A stretch of DNA of 64,000 nucleotides from a virus (taxonomy: Duplodnaviria > Heunggongvirae > Uroviricota > Caudoviricetes). Every line of letters starts with the position of its first letter. Within the stretch, counting starts at the first letter, position 1. The DNA lies in IMG/VR virus record IMGVR_UViG_3300023174_000034; one strand, written 5' to 3'. Shown piece by piece: positions 56,912 to 64,000 of this stretch. A program made the position numbers and the translations under genes. The notes under the pieces are model-generated. The model worked only from the letters and a program-made list of their open reading frames with translations, was not told the origin of the DNA and did no database searches.

Positions 56912-57682
56912 TTATTTCCTTTCAATATCTTCTTCGACGCAATCTTCGCCGTATTGTATCTCTACCAGCTGTAATGGCTGGTCTGTATCGTTTACCAATT
57001 GATGCCAGTCGCCTCGACCGATCCATACACTTTGGTGTTTACCAAACACGCCAACTAATTCACTATCAGTTGACCGTGCATCAATAGTATACACGGTTGC
57101 TTGGCCTTCTGCAACAAACCAGAACTCCGAACGCTTTTCGTGTCGTTGCATACTGAGCCGTTGTCCAGGTTCTACTGTGAGTTCTTTTAGTTTTGCTTGA
57201 GGACCGTAGTCGTGTAGCAGTCGGTACTCGCCCCAGGGCTTGTCTGTACGTGGTGCTTTCCACTCGTCCAAGATCCAACGTGAACTGTTTTGTTTCCAGT
57301 CTCCGCCTACCCCAAATTCAAAACTTAGGTTGGCATCATCAGCAAACTCTGTTTGCTCTGGCACGTTACCGCTGTTGCGATCACCGCCATTGGCAAATAT
57401 AATATGTGCATCTGGGTACAGCGCACGAGCTTGACGTATGCCATCTGCGCCTGTGCCGCAACTGTCTTCCAGTTCTAGCACACGATCTACCACAGCCAGT
57501 TCACTAATAACAGCATAGCGTTCTGTGTAGGGCATGAATGCACGGCCTTTTTTGCGGCGCAACCAAGCGTCACTGTTTAGTCCTACAAGGAGAACATCGC
57601 CCAGTGCTTTGGCTTCTTTGAAGTAGTTGATATGTCCAGAGTGTACAGGATCAAAGCCCCCGGTGGCAACAACAATTACCAT
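56912..57682 (-). CDS. Cytidylyltransferase fused to a mannose-6-P-isomerase-type cupin
   Basis: [17 protein letters not shown]; KPWG, LSMQRH..RSEFW, EIQYG. Confidence 0.85.
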   Translation of the reverse strand: MVIVVATGGFDPVHSGHINYFKEAKALGDVLLVGLNSDAWLRRKKGRAFMPYTERYAVISELAVVDRVLELEDSCGTGADGIRQARALYPDAHIIFANGGDRNSGNVPEQTEFADDANLSFEFGVGGDWKQNSSRWILDEWKAPRTDKPWGEYRLLHDYGPQAKLKELTVEPGQRLSMQRHEKRSEFWFVAEGQATVYTIDARSTDSELVGVFGKHQSVWIGRGDWHQLVNDTDQPLQLVEIQYGEDCVEEDIERK

Positions 57683-58728
57683 GGTCTTTTGTATCCTGAA
57701 CGTAGCGCATCGGCTTCACACATTTCAGTCACAAGAGCTTCGATGTCGTATTTTGGTGCCCAGCCCAGTTTTTCACGTGCCTTGGTTGAGTCACCCAGTA
57801 GTGTACTGACTTCTGCAGGACGATAGAACTCCAAGTTAACCTGTGCAATAGTCTGTTTGGCTCCGCCTAGGTTAACAACATATTCAGTTGCACCGGCACC
57901 AAAATAGCCCCAGCTGGTTTTGTACCAGTTCAAACACATGTCCAGGAAGTCACGAATACTGTGTTGTACGCCTGTTGACAACACATAGTCGTCCGGTGTT
58001 TCTTGTTGTAGCATCAGCCACATGCCTTCCACAAAGTCCTTGGCATGCCCCCAATCACGCTTGGCATCTAGGTTGCCAAGTTGGATTGGACCACCACGGC
58101 CCACAAACAGCTCTGCCAGGCCTTTGGTAATCTTGCGAGTAACAAATGTTTCGCCACGACGTGGGCTTTCATGATTGAACAAGATACCACATGAGGCATG
58201 CAATCCATAGCTTTCACGATAGTTCACAGTGATCCAGTGTGCATATAGTTTAGCAACACCATATGGACTACGTGGGTAGAATGGAGTGGTTTCCTTTTGT
58301 GGTGTTTCCTGTACTTTGCCAAACATTTCTGAAGTTGAAGCTTGGTAAAAACGTGTCTCTGCTTGGTTGTTTCGACGTTGATCTTCTACCAGCGCACGTA
58401 CAGCTTCTAGCATGTTGAGAACGCCTAGACCGTCAGTTTCTGCGGTGTACACAGGAACTTCGAAACTAACAGCAACATGACTTTGTGCCGCCAAGTTGTA
58501 GACTTCATCTGGACGAATGTCCATAATAAGTTTACGTAGGTTCGCTCCGTCTGTTAAATCTCCGTAGTGTAGATTCAGCTGACTGCGAATGTGATTGATG
58601 TTTGGTATAAATTCAAAATTTGAGTTGCGGCGAATCATGCCATGGACTTCGTATCCCTTTTCTAGCAATAGTTCTGCTAGATAAGATCCGTCTTGTCCGG
58701 ATATTCCCGTTATGAATGCTTTTCTCAT
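57676..58728 (-). CDS. gmd: GDP-mannose 4,6-dehydratase
   Basis: [51 protein letters not shown]. Confidence 0.96.
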   Translation of the reverse strand: MRKAFITGISGQDGSYLAELLLEKGYEVHGMIRRNSNFEFIPNINHIRSQLNLHYGDLTDGANLRKLIMDIRPDEVYNLAAQSHVAVSFEVPVYTAETDGLGVLNMLEAVRALVEDQRRNNQAETRFYQASTSEMFGKVQETPQKETTPFYPRSPYGVAKLYAHWITVNYRESYGLHASCGILFNHESPRRGETFVTRKITKGLAELFVGRGGPIQLGNLDAKRDWGHAKDFVEGMWLMLQQETPDDYVLSTGVQHSIRDFLDMCLNWYKTSWGYFGAGATEYVVNLGGAKQTIAQVNLEFYRPAEVSTLLGDSTKAREKLGWAPKYDIEALVTEMCEADALRSGYKRPW

Positions 58729-58862
58729 TGACGCTCCGTTGAAAATAAGTTATAGTTGAGTATATGATATTTAACACCACAAAGCAAGTGCGATGAGAAA
58801 TCATCGCCACCTAAAATGTCAATTATAAATACTTGCATCAATTACTCAATGGAGAAATCAAA

Positions 58863-59894
58863 TTGTCAAAAAACGTCCTAATTACCGGTGGGGCCGGTTT
58901 CATTGCCCACCACATCATTGACCGAATCCTATCAACCACAGACTGGAACATTGTCACACTAGATCGACTAGATTTCAGTGGCAACCTAAATCGCCTGGCA
59001 GACATGATGCATGAACATGATCCAGAAACTCGCAAGCGAGTGCGTCCTGTGTTCCATGACCTCAAAGCAGAAATTTCACCACTCACATCAGGCATGATTG
59101 GTGATATTCACTATGTGCTACACCTTGCCGCAGGAAGCCATGTGGATCGCTCAATCGAGTATCCAATGGAATTTGTGATGGACAATGTGGTAGGCACAGT
59201 TAATTTACTACAGTGGGCACGTACACTACCAAACTTGCAACGCTTTATCAACTTCTCAACAGACGAAGTGTTTGGCCCTGCGCCTCCTGGTGTGAACTAC
59301 AAAGAATACGATCGTTACAATTCAACCAATCCGTATTCAGCTTCAAAAGCAGCCGCGGAAGAACTGTGTGTGGCATTTGAAAACACCTACAAGATGCCTA
59401 TTGTGGTCACACATACCATGAACGTGTTTGGCGAACGCCAGCATCCAGAGAAGTACATTCCTATGGTGATCCAAAAGGTACGTGATGGTGAAGTTGTCAC
59501 CGTTCATAGCGATCCTACAAAAACACAAGCAGGCTCCCGTCACTACATCCATGCCAAGGATGTGGCAGATGGACTCATGTTCATCCTTGAGAAGCTACAG
59601 GACTACAAGCATGACAGCGACTACGGCGGTGCCAAGTGTCCCAAGTTCAACTTGGTTGGCCCAGAAGAAATTGACAACCTTGAACTAGCACAGCTGATTG
59701 CCACCGCACAGGGCAAGCCACTGCACCACGAGATGGTGGACTTCCATACCAGTCGCCCAGGGCATGATCTGCGCTATGCACTAGATGGCGGCTTGTTAGA
59801 AAGCCTGGGTTGGATCCCCAAGATCAAACTCAGCGAGCGTGTGAAAGAAGTTGTGGATTGGACACTTGTGAATGATCGTTGGTTACGCAAATGA
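58863..59894 (+). CDS. rfbB: dTDP-glucose 4,6-dehydratase-like
   Basis: TGGAGFI, SHVDRSI, STDEVFG, PYSASKA, RPGHDLRYA; TTG start after SD GGAGA. Confidence 0.88.
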   Translation: MSKNVLITGGAGFIAHHIIDRILSTTDWNIVTLDRLDFSGNLNRLADMMHEHDPETRKRVRPVFHDLKAEISPLTSGMIGDIHYVLHLAAGSHVDRSIEYPMEFVMDNVVGTVNLLQWARTLPNLQRFINFSTDEVFGPAPPGVNYKEYDRYNSTNPYSASKAAAEELCVAFENTYKMPIVVTHTMNVFGERQHPEKYIPMVIQKVRDGEVVTVHSDPTKTQAGSRHYIHAKDVADGLMFILEKLQDYKHDSDYGGAKCPKFNLVGPEEIDNLELAQLIATAQGKPLHHEMVDFHTSRPGHDLRYALDGGLLESLGWIPKIKLSERVKEVVDWTLVNDRWLRK

Positions 59895-60616
59895 AAACCA
59901 CGTTTATTGTAACCTCAGCGGTCAACAGCCGCTTTGGTATCTACTCACCACAACAGCGCCTGGAAATGACCTTGGACACTCTGAAGTGTTTACGTGAGCG
60001 TGTGCCAGACTCCAAGATTGTGATCAGCGAAGTATCCGGCAGTGGCATCAGCCAAGACATGGAAGACCAGCTGATGGAAGCATGTGATGTTTACTTGGAC
60101 TTTACTACCAATAACGAAGTCAACATCATTTACACTTCACCCACTTGGTACGACAACTGGGACATTGTGAAGAACTTGACAGAGCTTACTACGTTTCCAC
60201 AAGCATTGCAAATGCTACTTGATTCGGGCGAAGTAACAGATCAAGACCGTTTGTTCAAGATGAGTGGACGTTATTTGCTCAATGAAAAATTTGATCTTGA
60301 TTTTTATGAACAACCCGATGTCAAGGATCGTATCGTGATTGGTAAGAAAGTTGCCAGCCAGTTTCCGTATGCTGTGACTGAAATGACCATGCAGTACATG
60401 TGCCGTTTGTTGAGCTGGCCCGCAAGTCGTCATGCAGACATGATTGAATACTATAAAATTGCTAGAAATCACATGGTACAACGTGTGGCCAAAGGCGGGT
60501 ATTCGGACATCGAACATTCCTTGTGCTACAGTATACCTCCATCACTGGTAAAAGAAGTTGATGAAGTTGGCGTGTATGGCAACATTGCACCCAACGGACA
60601 ACCTATTATCAATTAA
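59891..60616 (+). CDS. Hypothetical protein, possibly glycosyltransferase-related
   Basis: IVTSA..., RLFKMSGRY, DIEH; lies in the sugar operon. Confidence 0.55.
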   Translation: MKTTFIVTSAVNSRFGIYSPQQRLEMTLDTLKCLRERVPDSKIVISEVSGSGISQDMEDQLMEACDVYLDFTTNNEVNIIYTSPTWYDNWDIVKNLTELTTFPQALQMLLDSGEVTDQDRLFKMSGRYLLNEKFDLDFYEQPDVKDRIVIGKKVASQFPYAVTEMTMQYMCRLLSWPASRHADMIEYYKIARNHMVQRVAKGGYSDIEHSLCYSIPPSLVKEVDEVGVYGNIAPNGQPIIN

Positions 60617-60623
60617 GGACTGC

Positions 60624-61415
60624 ATGACTAAATTTCTAAACGACAGAGACTGGTCCGCACTACAGCCAGAGTTTTTGTCAAACAAACCATTCAATCACAT
60701 TGTGATGGACGACTTCTTCGCACCAGAAGTCGTTGAACAACTAGTCAAGGATTTTCCAAGTTATGATAGCCCAGTCTGGAATGCTCACTACCTCAACCCA
60801 ATTGAAAACAAGAAGGCTTGCAACCATTGGGACAAGTTCCCCCAAACAACTTACTCTGCCTTTCATTACTTGTGTGGAGCAGAATTCGAACACATTGTAT
60901 CACAACTCACAGGCAATACTGGCGTACAAGCAGATGTTGGACTACACGGTGGTGGATGGCATGCCCACGCCGCAAGCGGAAAATTAAATGTACATCTTGA
61001 CTACAGCATACATCCCAAGCTACAATTAGAACGCCACTACAATCTGATTGTTTATATCACACCAGACTGGAATGCAGAATGGAATGGCGGATTGGAAGTT
61101 TGGAATCACAATGAAGATGGTACACCAAGCACACTACACGGCGTGATTGAAAACAAGTTCAACCGTGCAGTGCTATTTGATACCACACAACACAGCTGGC
61201 ACGGTCTACCAAAAGACTTGAGTTGCCCAGAAGGTACAATGCGTCAAAGCATGGCAGTGTACTATGTGACTGAGCCAGCTGAATCAGCTGACACACGTAG
61301 TCGTGCGCTGTTTGTACCACATGGTGCTCAAGCAGATGATCCTGCAATATTAGAGTTAATTAAATTGCGTAGCGCAGAAGCTACCGCAGAAAAAATGTAC
61401 AAGGGACTAAAATGA
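60624..61415 (+). CDS. 2OG-Fe(II) oxygenase
   Basis: PFNHIVMDDF, LNVHLD, WNGGLEVW, FNRAVLF, SWHG, RQSMAVYY. Confidence 0.88.
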   Translation: MTKFLNDRDWSALQPEFLSNKPFNHIVMDDFFAPEVVEQLVKDFPSYDSPVWNAHYLNPIENKKACNHWDKFPQTTYSAFHYLCGAEFEHIVSQLTGNTGVQADVGLHGGGWHAHAASGKLNVHLDYSIHPKLQLERHYNLIVYITPDWNAEWNGGLEVWNHNEDGTPSTLHGVIENKFNRAVLFDTTQHSWHGLPKDLSCPEGTMRQSMAVYYVTEPAESADTRSRALFVPHGAQADDPAILELIKLRSAEATAEKMYKGLK

Positions 61416-62134
61416 CAAAACCAATACGAGTATTCATGCACCTTAACGACATGCCTGGTGCATTTGATCTACTAGGTGAGCAACTTAACCGCATGAGCGA
61501 AAGCGGTCTGCTTGATGCCGCAGAAAAAGTAATTTTGTGTAGCAACGGCAACCCAGACAGTTTCTTGCCTGCACAACAAGCCATTGCAGAGTATCAAAAC
61601 TGCAAATGGTATCACACCAGCAACCGCACAGACCTGTGGGAATTTCCCACACTGGATCTAGTTAAACGCAACTGCGATGCCACGCTAGGCAATGAAGAGT
61701 TTAATGTGTGCTATCTACACCTTAAAGGTCTGAGCAGACTGGGCGATCAACGTGTGATTGACTGGCGCAACTTCATGGAACACTATACCATTGACAAGTG
61801 GGAAGAAAACGTAGCATTGCTAGATCAAGGCTATGATGTGGTTGGTACAAACATCATTGAACAACCATGGCTACACAGTTCGGGCAACTTTTGGTGGAGC
61901 AAGAGTAGTTATATTGGCAAACTAAAAGCATTGCCAAATCCTGAAAAAGATCTAAAGTGGAACACACCGAGTGAATACACTGGTGCTATTTTAGATGGTG
62001 GTAACTTCCGGTATGATCATGAAGCATGGATCATGACAGCTCAACCCAAGTGGTTTGAAATTGCAAAAACTCCAGGCAAAGAAACTCCGGGCTGGCACTT
62101 TGAAAACCTTTACCCTGAGAGCAACTATGTATAA
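61412..62134 (+). CDS. Hypothetical protein, possibly glycosyltransferase
   Basis: EFPTL, YLHLKG, HSSGNFWW..SSYI. Confidence 0.55.
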   Translation: MTKPIRVFMHLNDMPGAFDLLGEQLNRMSESGLLDAAEKVILCSNGNPDSFLPAQQAIAEYQNCKWYHTSNRTDLWEFPTLDLVKRNCDATLGNEEFNVCYLHLKGLSRLGDQRVIDWRNFMEHYTIDKWEENVALLDQGYDVVGTNIIEQPWLHSSGNFWWSKSSYIGKLKALPNPEKDLKWNTPSEYTGAILDGGNFRYDHEAWIMTAQPKWFEIAKTPGKETPGWHFENLYPESNYV

Positions 62135-63050
62135 ACCAGTAGAGTATACAGGAAATCATCAAACACGTATCTTGATTGATCGCCGTGCGGCACTAGGCGA
62201 TCTAGTCATGATTACTCCAGTACTGCGTGAAGTGCGACGTCGACATCCGTCTGCTTTTATCCAAGTGGTAACACAAGAGCCTGATGTTCTAAAAAATAAC
62301 CCACATGTTAATCTAGTCTGTCAGCCGGCAGAAATGGCCAAGAGCGATCCGTGGGATTTGTACGTGAATCTAAACGATGCATATGAAAAGAATGTGACCA
62401 GTCACTACATTGACAGTTATCTGCATCGTGCTTTTGGCGATGATGTTGAAGGTATTGCACGTAGTCCTGAGATGTTTCCTACTGAGGAAGAAAAAGAAAA
62501 CGTCGACGAAGCTCTAGCAGAAATTAGCAGTGAATACATCGTGGTTCACATGCGCCGTTGGGCATGGGAAAACAAGAACATCGACTTGGATACATGGAGT
62601 GCATTCTTTACAAGGTTGCATGAAACATACCCTGATGTTAAAATAGTCAGCGTAGGTGCCAAGTATGATTATGCTGTACCGGGTGATGCATCACACTATG
62701 TTAACTTGGTCGGGCAGTTGTCATTGGGTGAGATCCAGTATTTGATCAGCAGATCCAAAGCCTTTGTTGGTCCAGACTCTGGACCATTCCATATTGCATC
62801 CACAACAAGCACACCTATTGTTGCACTCATCAGCCATTTGTTGCCAGAGCAAATTTTGCCCTGGCGTGATGAAGAGTTTGGTAAAGACGTTACTGTGGTA
62901 CTCAGTGACGTTCCGTGTACAGGATGCTATGCAAGACAAAAGCCGCCAGTGAACAATTTGACTTGTGAAAACGAAGAACAATTTGTTTGCTCCAAGAAGT
63001 TTGATAACCTTAAAATGTTTGAAGCCACAAGCGAGATACTGAAAAAATGA
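62127..63050 (+). CDS. GT9 glycosyltransferase (ADP-heptose heptosyltransferase-like)
   Basis: ALGDLVMITP, NNPHV, NLVGQLSL, GPDSGPFHIA, PCTGC. Confidence 0.88.
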   Translation: MYKPVEYTGNHQTRILIDRRAALGDLVMITPVLREVRRRHPSAFIQVVTQEPDVLKNNPHVNLVCQPAEMAKSDPWDLYVNLNDAYEKNVTSHYIDSYLHRAFGDDVEGIARSPEMFPTEEEKENVDEALAEISSEYIVVHMRRWAWENKNIDLDTWSAFFTRLHETYPDVKIVSVGAKYDYAVPGDASHYVNLVGQLSLGEIQYLISRSKAFVGPDSGPFHIASTTSTPIVALISHLLPEQILPWRDEEFGKDVTVVLSDVPCTGCYARQKPPVNNLTCENEEQFVCSKKFDNLKMFEATSEILKK

Positions 63051-64000
63051 AAGACACAACAAAACTAGGCAATTGCCTGGCATGTGGTAGCGGGGAACTA
63101 GTACCCATCCTTGATCTAAATGATCAACCATTGGCCAATGCGTTCAAAGAAGAAGCCGCAGACAGTGAGCCGTATTTTCCGCTGGCTGTGAACATGTGCG
63201 AAGACTGCCATCACTTGCAATTGACACACGCTGTTGATCCCAAGTTGATCTACGAGCACTACTTGTATGTTTCGGGCACAAGTCCCAGCTACATGCGCTA
63301 TATGGCATGGTATGCAAAGTTTGCAGAAGAAGCATTTGTATCAACTTCCGGTCGCTTTCCTGCCACTGTGCTGGACATTGGTTGTAACGATGGCAGTCAA
63401 TTGAACTTCTTTGCCGACTCGGGCATCAAGACCTATGGTGTTGATCCTGCCAAAAACTTGTATAAAGTCAGCTCACGCTCAGGACATGATGTACAAGTAA
63501 GTTTCTGGAATGATGATACAGCTCGACAAATCGCCGCACGTACAGTGGATGGCACTGTGGACATCATCACCAGTCAGAATGCGTTTGCACACATTCCTGA
63601 CCCACTGGCATATCTAAAAACAGTGCGTGGCATCATGAGTGACCAGAGCTTGATGTTTATTTCAACCAGCCAAGCAGACATGGTTCCCAATTCAGAGTTT
63701 GACACAATCTATCATGAGCACATCAGCTTCTTCAATGTCAAGAGCATGAGCGCACTGGCAGAACGTGCAGGACTGCATCTAGTAGACGCAATCAAAACAC
63801 CCATACATGGCACCAGCTATGTGTTTATCCTGAGCCGCAAGCCACAGCGTGAGCGGGTGAAAAACATCGTGGCCATGGAAGACTCCATTGGCCTGTACAA
63901 AGACGACACGTATGCGGCCTGGGCCGCAAACACCCTACGACTGGTAGATGAACTCAAAACCTTTGTTGAGTTGTACAAGCGCAAGGGCTATATCCTGGGT
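63047..64000 (+). CDS. NDP-hexose C-methyltransferase, 3'-truncated, not in the ORF track
   Basis: CLACGS..LDLNDQPLANAF, C..C...QL, LDIGCNDG, GVDPA, NAFAH, FDTIYHEH, IHGTS. Confidence 0.88.
   Translation, partial: MKDTTKLGNCLACGSGELVPILDLNDQPLANAFKEEAADSEPYFPLAVNMCEDCHHLQLTHAVDPKLIYEHYLYVSGTSPSYMRYMAWYAKFAEEAFVSTSGRFPATVLDIGCNDGSQLNFFADSGIKTYGVDPAKNLYKVSSRSGHDVQVSFWNDDTARQIAARTVDGTVDIITSQNAFAHIPDPLAYLKTVRGIMSDQSLMFISTSQADMVPNSEFDTIYHEHISFFNVKSMSALAERAGLHLVDAIKTPIHGTSYVFILSRKPQRERVKNIVAMEDSIGLYKDDTYAAWAANTLRLVDELKTFVELYKRKGYILG

Noticed and set aside
56379-57002. 207-aa plus-strand ORF, and similar antisense ORFs throughout
   Set aside because: They lie antisense to conserved enzymes and carry no motifs of their own.

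Overview
A 64-kb segment of a large T4-like (myovirus) phage genome, probably infecting a proteobacterium: consensus sigma70 promoters and an rrn-type boxA occur alongside T4-like TAAATA late promoters. In order it holds: tail sheath, tail tube and head-completion genes; large acidic putative internal head proteins; terminase; gp32/UvsX/UvsY; 33 tRNA genes covering all 20 amino acids (27 in one array at 26862-31203, interleaved with unexplained structured RNAs); ADP-heptose and nucleotide-sugar/glycosyltransferase clusters; five radical-SAM enzymes; a malonyl-CoA decarboxylase domain; and a block of tail fibres with lectin partners. The main candidate for a new system lies just upstream of the tRNA array and is absent from the ORF track. 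It consists of a sigma70 promoter, a 46-codon leader ORF that uses all 20 amino acids and almost never repeats a codon, and mutually exclusive antiterminator/terminator hairpins. This looks like a pan-codon translational attenuator that could switch on the phage tRNA/ncRNA operon when any host tRNA is depleted. A second genome-wide pattern is that many late genes appear leaderless, with the ATG 5-6 nt after TAARTA. All calls come from manual motif reading; no searches or folding programs were run.
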